DNA of 64,000 nucleotides, from contig JASANG010003494.1 of NCBI GenBank assembly GCA_030248215.1, forward strand, positions 124,001 to 188,000, written 5' to 3'. Below the pieces are notes generated by a model. The model saw only the letters and a program-made list of their open reading frames with translations, searched no databases and had not been told where the DNA came from. The DNA comes from Enoplolaimus lenunculus. Lineage: Eukaryota. Shown here piece by piece: positions 25,101 to 38,535 of the stretch. How positions within the stretch are numbered: position 1 is the first letter of the stretch; each line of letters begins with the position of its first letter. The translations under genes and the position numbers were made by a program.

Positions 25101-28100
25101 TCTTTATATGAAACTATTTCCGTAAAACAAAATATTCGCTAATCAATTACCCATCGTGCAATTCAAATTAATATCACTGTGAGAAATCAGAGAAAATTTG
25201 GAACTGACGTCATTGGTGCGTTATGTTTGCTATACCAGGAACACAAGCAGAAGCAACCCAAAACGCAATTACACCGTCAAAAGGGCGAAGTTCAACGGTA
25301 ATTGCGTCAATGATAAGTTAGCGACTTGTTTTGATTTCGGTTTGCTGTTGACATGTGTATAATTAACCCTAATTCTTTTCTCGTTTTTCTTAATTTCGCT
25401 ACTCCAACTTGGCAATTTTCTTTGACGCGCGAGGACCCGGTTCATATTCCTTTGAGAAATACAGTTCCGACTAAAACTAAGATTCAGAGTAGAGGTGTCC
25501 CACGACAAACAGTTTCGACTAAAACCATGATCCAGAGTAGAACTGTCCCACGACCAGATGGCGGCGGGGTCCGAGCTGTAACATACTGTTGTGAATAAGG
25601 TCAGACACAATTAAATCTTCACGAAATCAAATTGATTCAGTGATATTTTTCGTGGTTAGAGATTCTGATTTCTGCTGAAGCGATTGCTTCCACTTGAGTC
25701 CGTTGGGCGATTTAAACAAAAGTTAACGTTGGCTTAAATCGAGATTACTTCAGCTATCAGCATGTAATTAAATTTTTAACTTTAAAATTTCCAGCAAGCA
25801 CTCTCGTTTTAATTAAATTTTCAAAACACCTTGCCTATATTACTTGCTATAGTTAGCTTTTTGCTGTTCAAAATAATACCTAACTGCAATTACCAACGAG
25901 TCGATGATATCAAAGTAAATTAATTATTATATATTGTCGGAAAAACTATATAAATAGATAGACAAGCACAGATACCGAACAAGAGAGAGTTCGAAACATG
26001 AATGACTAAGCTAAATAATAAGGAATATACATAATACTCGCCGCTAAACATATAGTTCAGGAACGAAAAATAAAAAAAGAAGCAACAAAGAAACAATAAA
26101 GAGCGACGCAAAATAAAGCAACGTGTTTCATGATTTACGCCAAGGGTGAACTGTCATATGATCCCCGCCAAGACAACGGTTACGGTCCGTAATCCTTCTA
26201 CTTTTATTCAAATTATTTTGCGTCAGACATCCAGTTTGCGTTTGATCAAATTCAGAAACAAATTACCAGTGTTGAAGTTAGCACTAACTTTTTTTGCTCA
26301 AATTTTGTCATACGAACATACATTTTGAGCGCTCCAGAAATTCCCCGTAACATTACGCCAAAATTACGATCAAGATTCAAAGACCCGGAAAATTCTTCAA
26401 AACCTTCCTTTACTCACTCAAACTTGGTCTGAGCTGGCCATTTCGAATTTCACAACATTGGAAAACGTTCGCCTACGGTAGCAATGCACCAGCGTCAATG
26501 TCTCCAGACCAACTTTAGCAGTGCAGCTGCATCTGCAGACAGCTTTTTGACCACATATTCAACGATGCTGTCCAAATTCTAAAGGAGTACATCACAAAAC
26601 ACAATCGGTGCAAGCCATAAAAAATCAAATACATAAAGCAAAACGTTCCCATTGCGTCCAAACCACTGTTATCATTCAAATTCATTAATTTAACTTAATA
26701 TCGTAAACACCCTCAAACACAACCAAAAATCTAATTGATACACAGTAGGCCAAAAAGAAATTTCAAATGCTATGTACGCTAAATGCAATAAATTTCTTAA
26801 CCATTACCACTATTTAAAGTACAACTATCACATCACTTGAATCTGACGTTTAACTTAAGTCAAAATCATTAGATATATACGTATAGTAAGCTAAATGCAT
26901 GGAATACATTTAAAACAAACCGAAAGCAAACAAAAACGTGAACGTTAACAAACAAACGTATAAAAAATCGTTGGAATTCCAAGCGCAACAGTGTATAACA
27001 TAATAATAAAGTAACAGAAATACATAAAACACAAGCAAGAGCAAATACATATACTGTGATTAATTACAAACTATGAGTCAAATATATACGAACAAAATAA
27101 TTTTTTAGACCATAGAATAGGGGCTACTCGATAATTTAACAAAATACTGTCTTTTCTTCTTTAAACACCCCAAGTCCATCATGTAATCAAAACGAAACCA
27201 CTTCGTTTACGTCAGAAATCTTAAAGTATGTAAAAAACCGAAATATGAAGCGTAGAAAAAGTTAAGAAACCGAATCAACCAATATGTATTATATATTCGC
27301 CAACAGTTTTGCAAACACTATTCGAAACTTTGGAATTTAAATTAAATATTAAACGCCATTTCCCGCACAAATAATCCTATTATATATATACCGGATGTTA
27401 ATTATACCGGATACTGGATCCGCACAATAAATTTCGTGCCTGAACCGGATGCTAACCAGATACAGGATATAAATTTGTACACAGTTTTAAGTATTTGAGT
27501 CGTGCAAAAATATGCATTTATCGATTTAAAATCAAATTTTGCCTTGGATCTTTCATTCCATGCCAATGCCCACCCTTGGCCCTTGACTTGCCCGGAATTG
27601 CAGTCACTGCAAAATATCTGGCATATCGACATGTAAAAAACAATTTCATGATATTTGGAATCACAACCGCAAATATCCGGTACCCGGTAGGCTTACACCG
27701 TATACCACCAGAACTGGATACAAATGTCGTTTTTTGCCGAATGTTAACCCGGAATCGGATATCCGGCCGAATCCTGATATATAACATATCATATATTTTC
27801 CACTTAAATTGAACATTTAATTTTCCTATAGGTGTGGGATCAAGTACCCCGGAACACCTCAAATAACCTGAAAAAACGGTTTTTTCTTCTTTTGCAAAAA
27901 TTCCAAATTCTAAAATCTCCCTAATTTTATAGCTAAAATCTTAAAAACTACAAAAGAACCGAACCTTGTGACCAAGAAGAACAGCTCAACACGAACCATA
28001 ATACCGTCGACCAGTACTCAGTACACAGACAATGAAAATGAATATATACCTCTGTACACATCCAATTGACAAAAACACCACATAAACCATCAAAATATAT

Positions 28101-28850
28101 ACAAACACGTACCATAACATAACCGTTGCCTGTGTCATATCCGTTATATATTAATAAAACGTCTCATTCAGTTGACTCTGCTACAAAAATAAAACTCACT
28201 CATATTCATTCATTCATTCATCCATTCATTCATACATTTAATTGTCAGTTTAATATTAACATACTTTAAGCATATATATTGCACAATTACGCCGAATACA
28301 TACACTTTTATATAAAGATATATATAGTAGTAAATATCAGGGTGCGACCGGATATCCGCTTTCGGAGTAATATCCGGCAAAAAATGGTATCCATATCCGG
28401 TTCTGGTATCCGATGAATCAATATCCGCTCGCCCCCTGGTAAATATATGTTTCAGGATTTTTTCATACAACCGTTATATATCAATCCATACCGCTCTTGT
28501 ACACCTTCCCATTGACAATCTTCAAATTTACAGAAATTCAACAGAACTTAGGCTTAGAAATACGATTAGACCCCGAGAATGTTCAAATTTACAAATTTAC
28601 AAATTTAACAAAACTTGTGCTTCAGCAGTCGCTCAACCATCTTGGCTTGGCTACCAGTCAAGGATCTTTTTAAACTTCTCTAAGCTGCAAACTTCATACA
28701 GTGCACAGACTCGAGAAAACGCTTACTCGTACGTACTAGAATTTTGTAAATATAAAACTAAAAAGCAAAACCATTCGATTTCAAAAACTAATAAACAACC
28801 ATTTCGATCCTGACTTTATGAAAAATATTCTAATTCTAAAAACTATTTAA

Positions 28851-29184
28851 TAGGGATGTGCCGATTAGCCGATTCTTTGCCGATACTTTTTGCACATAAC
28901 AGTCAGTTAGATTGCTATCGATTTCATTGCTGAGCGCATATCAGTGTCAGGTAAGGAATACTGTTATCTCTTTTGCGCTTGTGTTTGACAAAACTAACTG
29001 AAACGAACCGTTCTTATAAAATTGCAATCGTTTATGATGGTTAGGGTCTAAATCTTCATATAATGATGTAATGTAGTATCCTATCTGTTAATTAAGCATG
29101 GTGAACTAAAATTGGAATCGGCATCGGCAAAATTCCAAAATTAGAACCGGCATCGGCAAAAATTTTGGTATCGGCACATCCATA
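28851..29184. mobile_element. hAT-like MITE (TAGGGATGTGCCGAT family)
   Basis: TIR TAGGGATGTGCCGAT...ATCGGCACATCCATA, TSD CTATTTAA/CTATCTAA. Homologs at 61770-62156 and ~51300-51643. Confidence 0.8.
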
Positions 29185-30140
29185 CTATCTAAATTAAACT
29201 ATTTTGGCCAATTTAATCAACAATTTAAATTAAACTACTTTGGCCAATTAAATCAAAGTTATAGAGTCTAGGTTGGAATTCCGCTAACACAGTGAATCAT
29301 AAAGCAAACAGAACCACAGTACGAAAACGTAGCTAACTTTGTTAATACGTATGTCGTAGCGCATATTGCTGCGCCGGGTATTTTGCTGCGCTCGCGCAGA
29401 TTTGGCACCAAGAGTTGACTAAGACCACGTACTTACTTATTGCTAACCAGGGCGACAACAAAGGTTCGGATTCGATTGGGAAAAGCCGAATCCAACCATT
29501 TCCAGCAATATGTTTTTTAGTTTTAAACAATAAAAAATTTGAATAACTTGTTATATTAATAAAAAAATTTTGTTTACGATAACAACGTTTAAATGTTTTG
29601 CGGTTGGCATTGCGTTAATATTCAGAAACAAATGATAGATATAACTCAAATTTGCAACATGCAAGATCCGGATTCGGCAAATTTGCAATGAATTCCGATT
29701 GTGATTCGGTCAAATCCTCGATTCGGTGACACCCTGTTGCATAGTATGCTTCACATCAGCATCACAGTGCATGTGTAGGCTACATATAATATATGTATTC
29801 TTTATAATTATAAGAAAGCTACCTACTGGCTTTGCTTATGTATGGCAGCGATGACTCGCCACTCCTAGTAAACACAGTGTTAAACGTACCAAAATACCCA
29901 ATGTAGCAATCTGCACTACAACATATACACTCAATATATAATGCCGACCAATCTCAATAAACTACATAATATACTTATGTAATTATTTGACCAAAGAGTA
30001 AACGGAGACTGGAAACAATCTGAAACCGCTCCATTGAAACTCTGGGAACAAAAAGTATCCGTAGCATAAAAATTCCTCAACCATAAAGCATCATTATGCC
30101 AAAAAACAAACTGAGACAAACGGAAGCAAGATTACTTTAA

Positions 30141-30415
30141 GCCCCATTCAACACGTGCAAGTTTTCGCTGCGAGAACTTGCAGCTGCCAATCGCGCGCAG
30201 GGACTTGCTTTTTTCATCAGCCAATGAGAAATCGGCTGCAATAAATTCATTGAACTTGCATGGTTATTCACACATGTGAACTAAATTCCTAGCTATGATT
30301 TTTTTATGAAATATTTCCAGCTGCAAGTTTTTTGAACGGAATTTTGGACAAAACTTGCAAATACGAGTTGCAGCTGCAAGTTCTCGCAGCAAAAACTCAC
30401 ACGTGTAGATAGGTC
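30141..30415. mobile_element. Inverted-repeat MITE flanked by TTAA
   Basis: Arms ACACGTGCAAGTTTTCGCTGCGAGAACTTGCAGCTGC / GCAGCTGCAAGTTCTCGCAGCAAAAACTCACACGTGT. Confidence 0.7.
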
Positions 30416-32491
30416 TTAATTTTATTTTAAGGGATGGTGCCTCTCTGGTTTCTATGTTCAATATGAGTTGCCTTACTATGTGGCTTGTAGGCAAAGATAC
30501 ATTTTAAACCAAAAACACACACATCGGTTATTCCATGACTGTTACTGTTGACAGCAATGCAGGGTGCAACCGAAGGTGAACCGGACCCGGAGACGAACCA
30601 AAATTAGCCAATCAAAAATGATCATAAATATTTCAATTGTAACTAATAAACTCTGTAAAGCGTTTTCAAAATAATTTTGTTCTACGGCTTTTAAAATCTG
30701 CAAACAGTCGTCAAAAATTGTTTCACAGTTTGTTTTTTTGAGCAATCTCGCCAAGTTGAATCAACAACAAACAAGTTGAACGACGACTCAACTTATACAA
30801 ATGCATCAAATGGCGCTACACAACTTACTGTAAAACTTAAAGGCGGGTGGAACCAGCGTCTACAATATTGTCAAACCCTTTATAAAAATGTCACTGGAGC
30901 AAGACGCTAATATTCTGGTTGTACCCTGCAGTGCAAATAATTAGTTTCAAACAATACACTATATATAATATATATATTTTTTGATTATAAATATGTAACG
31001 AATAAAAAGGTACCTATACATATGCGTGAGAATACGGACAGATGAGAATTCAAACCACCAAAACTATCAATTCAAACGAGAAAATCGCGGTTGAAACGAA
31101 AATATAACAAACAATAAACGGAAAATGTCAAAGTATATCAGACGTACTGTGTTCGCTGAAATAACTGCAAAAACAAGCAAACAGATAATACAGTTTATAC
31201 AAAAAAACCAGTCCTAACAAAATTACGTCATATGTATGATGGTTAAATAATTAATTCTTTGCTATACATCTATTTTACATTTGACATCAGCTTTTGTATC
31301 CACTCTTCCCCATAAACAGGATATAATTAAACTTACACTGCAATAAATATTTTCAGAAATCTTTTTCTTCTTACCTATAGCTTATAAGGTTTCGCCATAT
31401 ATGGCAATTCAAGTTCACATTAAAATTATACCTGATAATATTCCATGCGAACAAATCGCACATCCTAATTCCTGCAATTAAAAAAATATTAATTTTTCGA
31501 AACATTGTAACTTTTCTTAAATTTCAATACCTAAATTCAACTGTAACGTGAATTTCAAACTACAATTCTAAACAAAACTTCTAGCTATAACGTACAAATA
31601 AATTTTTTTACAAACGTAAACCTAATCTCATCTTGGATGCAACAAACGATACAATATACACAACAATAAAAATAATTGGAAAGATTAAATTAACCCATTA
31701 TTAACAGGAGATACGAAGATAGCAAGTGCATATGCGTCCATATGCGGCAATGCATTTTAGCACACAAACCGGTGACCGTATTCTGCCGTGGTTATAGAAC
31801 CTTTAGCAACAGTTAGCGATTGGTTTTCAAACAAGCGAAACACGACATTAATAACATCAAACTGTGACAAAACTCTACATATTTTACCTCACGAAATATG
31901 CAGTCTGTGTAACAAAACCTATAACAGGTTGTAGTTAGAAAACGTGTAAACGAACTCCAAAAATATCTTCAAACTTTACTTTTACGGCATGGCACTGACT
32001 ACACTGATCACCAACTGGCAATAAATGCTACTGACAACCGAAACTTCTGGTCATGATATCATAATTGGAATATAAAAAATACAATAACAGATCATTATAG
32101 AAAACGTAGTGAAAAACATTACTGATATATCGTAAACCAACGAAAATAGCATCATTATATCGTAGTTGAGAGTGATAAAACGCATAAGTTGTATTGTAAA
32201 GCCCAAACATATCAACAACAGTCTCACTTTAGCTCAATGGTGGTCACAATCATACAGCCAAGCTCATATTCTCAAATGTGTGTAGCACTTATCACCACAA
32301 GGTTAATGATAAGTTTGATAACTTTTGAATCAAGGATTGGTGAGTCGGTGAGTTTCAAAATTTAATACAGTTTTCGGTCTATTATTTGATTTAGTCTACT
32401 TCTAAGCCTATTGCGATAACCACGGCTGCAACCGTTCACTTGTTTGAAACGTTAAGCCATACCACACAGAGCACTTGACGGAAATTTTGTA

Positions 32492-32562
32492 GCCGATGCA
32501 TTGGATTCTAACCCAGGATGTACGGATTCGGTCCGCTGTTCTAACCACTGCGCTATATAACC
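32492..32562 (-). pseudogene. Degenerate tRNA-like / SINE-head sequence just downstream of the mex-3 stop
   Basis: Minus strand has A-box-like TAGCGCAGTGG and B-box-like GGTTAGAATCC at tRNA spacing. The acceptor stem does not pair well. Confidence 0.5.
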
Positions 32563-32699
32563 ATAATTGCTGGCGATACGTGCTATAATCATTTTGAGAA
32601 TACAAGCTTTAATTTTAAATTTTTGTATATTTCGATAACAAAATAATATAAAAACAACTTAATTGTGATGCACAAGCCGTAACGTTACAAAATATATGT

Positions 32700-32906
32700 T
32701 CAACTTTCTTGAGCGATTAAGCAAGCTGCATTCGAGTTGATAATACTGTTGTTGTTTGTGTTATTTTTGTTTTTGTTGTTGTCGCCACTGTTGTTGTGGT
32801 TATTATTGTTGTTGTTGTTGTTGCTATAAATGCTGGAATTGGCAGTGTTAAGCTTAACAGCCTGCGTAATTGCACCTTGACATATAGGACATACAGGTTT
32901 CGGCAT
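32700..32906 (-). CDS. mex-3: MEX-3 exon 9 (end of RING, poly-Asn tail, stop)
   Basis: TTTTCAG| acceptor, phase 0. MPKPVCPICQGAITQAVKL supplies the last CxxC of the RING. Confidence 0.88.
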   Translation of the reverse strand: MPKPVCPICQGAITQAVKLNTANSSIYSNNNNNNNNHNNSGDNNKNKNNTNNNSIINSNAACLIAQES

Positions 32907-33268
32907 CTGAAAATGGAATATTAAAATAATGCACCATCAGCGCAAATTGCAGCAAGAACAGTCATTTTATTGTTGCCGAGATGTGGTTTAATTTACTCAT
33001 ATTTCCGCGTTAAAACAGAACAGCAACACTTGCAATCCACTTTCGTCTGGAATCTATAATTTCTGCCTGGATGTTGCTCAGCTTTATTTTAAACAAAAAT
33101 GTTCTTATGGGCAAACCAATCACACACATCGTTGCATTAGTTTAGTTTCGCTCGCAACTCTAAATGAACTAAGCTCCACCATGGCCCATAACAAAACAAC
33201 AACCTGCACCTACTTAATCCTAAGTACACCACACCACCCCTTTAACTAAGCACAGTCCAGCAGCTAAC

Positions 33269-33756
33269 CTGACAAAGTCGAGTCGCGCATGTCAGGCAAA
33301 AATTGCGATGCCCACAAGGTGACAACGCTGCAGCGGCGCAACCTGCATCTTTGCCGCATACGTGGCATACGCGATCACGATATGTCGCCAGCAAAGGCAT
33401 CGACAACATTCCAGTGGGTCGATTGCCTACCGGTGCTGCAACAGGTGTCGCAAACACTTTAATATCAGCTGCAGTTGCTGGAGTTCCTGCAGATGCTTGA
33501 GCCACTGTAGCTGATTGCAAGGCAACTTTGCGCTGTTGCGCAGACAAAGCAACTGTTGCCGCTAACGGCACCGTGGTCGTTGTTGTACGGACAATCGGTG
33601 CACCGCACAACATTGACGACGCATGCTGCCACAATGCTTTCTGCGCAACTGCAGCTACCGTGGTCGCTGGATTTGAGGCAAAAGGCTCTGAAACCGTTGG
33701 TGTAGCGTCGACATATGGCGGATTCACATTTGGTCCATCGCATGTAACATTAGTAT
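33269..33756 (-). CDS. mex-3: MEX-3 exon 8 (Ala/Thr-rich linker, first part of RING)
   Basis: TTGTAG| acceptor, phase 1. CHVC...PCGHRNFCLTCA. Donor CAG|GTTAG, phase 0. Confidence 0.85.
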
Positions 33757-33985
33757 CTACAATCACATCAAAGAACAAATAAACCTTTTAACCACGGTAC
33801 ATGCTGTATTATTTTAATTCATAGGTATCTTTTTGGATACTGGATAAAAATTTGAGCGTCTTTGGTAGTTTTCGTCTTTGCTGAGTTCACGATAGATATA
33901 AGGCTTCTGAATACAAATGGCCACTCAAGAAAACCAGCATGGTCTTAAACAAGTCATTTAAAATTATTATAAGCCACAAACCAAC

Positions 33986-34254
33986 CTTGCTTTGGCTCAC
34001 TGCCAGCTGTTGAGTTCTTGTGACCACCCTTTTCAGTATACGAATCCGGTGATACGCTGTCGCCGCGGTCCCCAGCCTTTGACGTGCGGCCACCAGTACT
34101 CGTTGCGCCACTTCCTGACGTCAGCGCAGGCTCTTCCAAAGGATTTTCAATGTCTGACCAAATTGAACTGAGTAAACCATGCGCTAATGTATGCAAAGGA
34201 TCATAATAGCCATTACTATCTCCTGATGCCAACGAAACACCTTCATCTGATTCG
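33986..34254 (-). CDS. mex-3: MEX-3 exon 7
   Basis: TTTCAG| acceptor, phase 2. ESDEGVSLASGDSNGYYDPLHTLAHGLLSSIWSDIE. Donor at 33986 (AAG|GTTGGT) or 34001 (GCA|GTGAGC), both phase 1. Confidence 0.75.
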
Positions 34255-34552
34255 CTGAAACAATATAATTTTGCATTGCAAAGCGCAAGAAAAAAATACC
34301 TATATCAAAACACCTGGATTGGATGTCTGCCACCACCTTCCACACAATTAAGCCTTCACTCCGGCAACAAAATCCATAACCTTCAAGTCTTCAGTCGTGA
34401 ATCGGCACCAATTGTAGTTGCTGAAATTTTCCAAACCTCAAATAACTGAAACCAGAAAAAATAAATTTCAAAAATGTTGCGACCACTTGACTAACCATGG
34501 TAAAAAGCAATCATTATCACCCAAACATACCTTAACTCACACGGGATCTTAC

Positions 34553-35091
34553 CTATTCCCACCGGCACTCATGGTCGAGCCAGGCCCACTCGGTGCCATC
34601 ACATGCCGCCTTGCACACCCATCACTGCTCACACCCCGATTCATTCCGACGCCATCTTCTCCACTACTCGATCCTGTCGACCCTGAGCTCCACTGTTTGC
34701 TCAACGACTTATTGATCATCCCACTACCTCCCCCCATAGCTTGATATGCCTTCATCCCACCCGCTGGGCCTCCAACAGCAACATTAGCCGCATTCCCTGC
34801 GTTTACAATCCGACGTGACTCAATCAAATCATAACTACCCAGCTCATTCACAAATGTGGCCGACGATTGCGAATGAGCATCCTTTCGCGATACACCAGTT
34901 GCCATATTGCCCAACGCTCCCGTTTCCAATACACGTCCCACATCCTTCGACAATTGATCAAAATGTATACCCGGCTCAGCGCCTAGCGAACTACACCCGG
35001 ATCCGCCACAACTTTCGTATCCCATCGACGAACTAGACGAATAGTACCGGCACCCTCCACTATGATTATTATAATTATTACTGTTATTGTT

Positions 35092-35127
<36 letters not shown>

Positions 35128-35418
35128 GTTATTGTTTATCAGCGATGTCACCTGTCCATTTTCAATCGGACTTTGCCTCTTCGAGCTTGCCGCACCATTA
35201 TTCTCTGCATTTTGCAGCAGCTCAAATTGTAATTGTCGCTGTTGTTGTTGATATTGCTGTTGTTGGTCAAGTGTAGATGCGTACTGTCGAAATTGGCCAT
35301 AAACATTTGGTATTGCAATTGGACAACTATTATTGCTATTGTGCGCGTCGCTAATGATACTGCAACTGTCAGCGTTATTGTACCCATTCGCTAAGCCACC
35401 GTTCATACTCATGGTACC
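34553..35418 (-). CDS. mex-3: MEX-3 exon 6 (Q/N/S/G-rich low-complexity region)
   Basis: TTACAG| acceptor, phase 0. 866-nt open frame. Donor AG|GTAAGA, phase 2. Confidence 0.8.
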
Positions 35419-35641
35419 CTGTAATACAATCATTACGTACAAATCTGATAAAATATTCTTAGATATTTTTCCAAAAATTAAACGATCTCAATCAAATTAT
35501 TCTAATCGATATAACTTTCGGAACTGAAGTCAGATTCAGTATGAACCAATGCAATGTTGTAACAAAGGTTTGGAACAGGTTTCAGATTCGGCAACAAGGC
35601 AATAATATTGATCCTTATAAGCTAACCTTTAATTCACTTAC

Positions 35642-35854
35642 CGTTGCATAGCTCATCCCTGGATCAAAGTTTTGCGTTGTCATGATTCCTTTGATGCCCG
35701 TGTTATACCATGACTCAAGCTGTCCACCATATTTAGCATACTCAAGCGATCGATGCAACAGCGAACGATTTTGATTAATATGCTCTGTGCAGTGACTAGA
35801 GACACCACCTGCAGCAGCTGCAGCAGTTTGATTTGATTCTTTTTCTTTCTGATT
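35642..35854 (-). CDS. mex-3: MEX-3 exon 5
   Basis: TTTCAG| acceptor and ACG|GTAAGT donor, both phase 0. 71 codons. Confidence 0.72.
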
Positions 35855-36420
35855 CTGAAACAAATTAGTTGAAATACTGGCTAAAATTACATATACGTAC
35901 CATTTACAATGAGTCTTTTCAGTTATCTCTCCTTGTTGGCGTGTCCAAAAAAGTCGAATTTTTAAAATTTTCAAATTACTGGAAATATTAAATCATTCAT
36001 CTTTACAAAATTACATAGGTACCACTAACGATAACTCTTTCTTGTTATCTCTCCCAGTTGGCGCCTGCCTAGAAATAGTTGGATTTTGAAAATTTCGCAT
36101 TTGAGCTCCTCGTGACCTCCATGATAATTCCACATTCAAATTTGAAATGTTGACAAAACAGATTGTTTTGAGTTCCTAAGATACTCCCACCTTGGGTTTA
36201 AAAAGGTTTTTTCTCTAACAGTTACACCATTATATTATATACCAATTGGCGCAGATTGCGAAGCTAAGTCCATCGATATAAATTCTCCGCGATTTGACAT
36301 ACGGTTAACGAGTTATCAACAGGGTTCTTAAACGGCTTGCCTGCAGTATCAAGCCACCCAATGTCTTATTCCGCAGCTACAACTGCTTCCATCTCCGGTA
36401 TTTAAATTCCAAACACTTAC

Positions 36421-37269
36421 CTGCTCTTCGGCCGCAAATTCTCCACTGGAATCTGCGTTACTCCATCGTCCAATTTGAGCCAACCACGGTTTGCTGTTTA
36501 CCATCGTTGAGACACCGTTTAAATCGAGATCTGACATTGTTCCAGCGTGACTGCTATATCCGTCAACAAGCGACCTACCTGGCCCCAGCAAACCTGAGTT
36601 ATTCGCCATCAAAGGATTCCCATCGCCATCAACTCCACCGTTCCCATCGACCAGATTCATTCCTCCTGAACCACGAAAAGGACCTCCGTTGCCCGTAACC
36701 GCACCACTCCGGGTGCTACTTTCCACCACCAGTCCTTGCTGATAACACGCAGCTGCAGTCGCCGCATTCAGATGCGCATTGCAACTGCGTCCACAACAGC
36801 ATTGTACACTTGGCGCCGACTGAGCTCCCAACATTCTCTGATAATGATTCTGATATTGGTGGTGGTGCATATAACACCCTGCCACATCACCAAACCCATC
36901 ATTATCAGCGGCAGCCACACCCGAAACGACACCGCTTGCAGCGGCATCTTTCAAATACTGTTGTTCACTAAGAGCACTGTATCCAGAAGACAACAACGAT
37001 GCGAACGGTGGCGTTCCAGTTGCAGGTCGTGGCGCAACGCCCGACTGCTCGTCAGCTGCCGCTGTTGTGGTCAAGCATTCGCCACCTGCGGTTGTAGACT
37101 GGGTTGTGTTACCAACTGCAGCTGCAAGCAACGCTGCCGCAGCCGCGTTTGCGGCTGCAGTTGGCTCGGTGGCGTAATATTCGGTTGAGCACAGCGAGCC
37201 CGTACGAGTCAAAATGTGCGCTTCAATTTCGTGCCGAGCTGCTTCAACGTTGTCTGGCAAGCCTGTCAC
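36421..37269 (-). CDS. mex-3: MEX-3 exon 4 (end of KH2 plus low-complexity region)
   Basis: TTTTAG| acceptor. VTGLPDNVEAARHEIEAHILTRTG. Donor CAG|GTAAGT, phase 0. Confidence 0.9.
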
Positions 37270-38002
37270 CTAAAATTACAACTGAATTACTGAAAAAATT
37301 GAACCCGAATTTTTTACGGGTTTGCAGCAAATTGTAATACTAATCATCATCATACACTGAAAATTTCATTCGGCGATCAAAAATATTATTTTAAACTGCG
37401 CACCTGTAGCCCAACCGGCGAAATTCAAGTCCTGTTCCAATAATAAAATATTACTCCCGTTGAAACTTGCCATGCAAAGCGCATAGATATATTACCGGTA
37501 GCTTTAAAAAAGAACAACACACAATCGCGCAATCCTTATTACCAACATTTGAACTCAAAACAATATTCTTGTGTTAACTGTTGGTACTTGTTGTGTTAAC
37601 CTCAAGCAAAAGTCACTAAGATATATGCATTGAAATTTGACCCATAACCAACAGCTCAATGCAGCATTTGCAGAATATATTTACGGCAGCCTACATAGAA
37701 AACTGCAGCCGGCTATCCAGTGGCACCCTGAATTAAATTTAAAACAGAGTACTATCTGTACTTTTACTCGTTCTTGACTGCATTCCAAAACCAGAAAAAT
37801 AGTGTTCTTTCCCGTTACCTATCTGGTCCTAATGCAGCAAAATAATCCAATACACCCAAAAGACACCGAACGATCCATGGATCCAGATCAAGTTGGCTCA
37901 GTTTACTGGAATATTTTGCTACATATTAATGATGAGGACCTGAAAAGCAAGCGGAAAGACGCGAACCGATCAAAGCATCGAGAACAAGTTGTTCGGCTAT
38001 AC

Positions 38003-38164
38003 CTCAAATACAGGATCTTTTTCTCTGGATGGCGTAATGATATACGTATGTGTCTGTTGTTGAATTCGTTTGATAGTTGCGCCTTTTGGACCAACAACAA
38101 GGCCTACAACTTTGTACGGTACGCGAACATGAATTGTAACGTGACCAGGCGCCGGTGCGCCACC
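38003..38164 (-). CDS. mex-3: MEX-3 exon 3 (KH2; not in the supplied ORF track)
   Basis: Manual translation: [54 protein letters not shown] (GxxG loop). TTTAAG| acceptor, GAG|GTATAG donor. Confidence 0.95.
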
Positions 38165-38346
38165 CTTAAATGCGAACCAAAAATAAACTCATTCAATAAT
38201 TTACATAAAAATGTGAAGCGTGATGAGCAGCAAAATAAACATTTAACAGCTTTCTGAATTAAGTTACTGTCTAAAGCCTCAAAATTTTCTATTTGTGTGT
38301 TTTTGAAATCGAATTGGAACACACTAGCTCATTTTTTAGAAAACTG

Positions 38347-38535
38347 GGCCAATGTAAACAACAGGGGCGGAACAGTATAATGAGCATATTCCTAAGCCTA
38401 ATCCTACGCGTATGGATGGGCATATTACTAAGCCTAGGCCTAAGCCTAAGCCAAGCAAAAAAATAGCCAAAAGCTTAAGCTTACTGTTTTCTAGTCCCAC
38501 ATAAAACCGTTCCGCTCCTGTTCTTTACACGGGCC
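38347..38535. mobile_element. GGCC-ended GCCTAA MITE (subfamily A) in mex-3 intron 2
   Basis: Perfect 8-bp TSD GAAAACTG. Confidence 0.9.

Noticed and set aside
37802..38257. 151-aa plus-strand ORF
   Set aside because: Antisense to the conserved MEX-3 KH2 exon, with no recognisable features.
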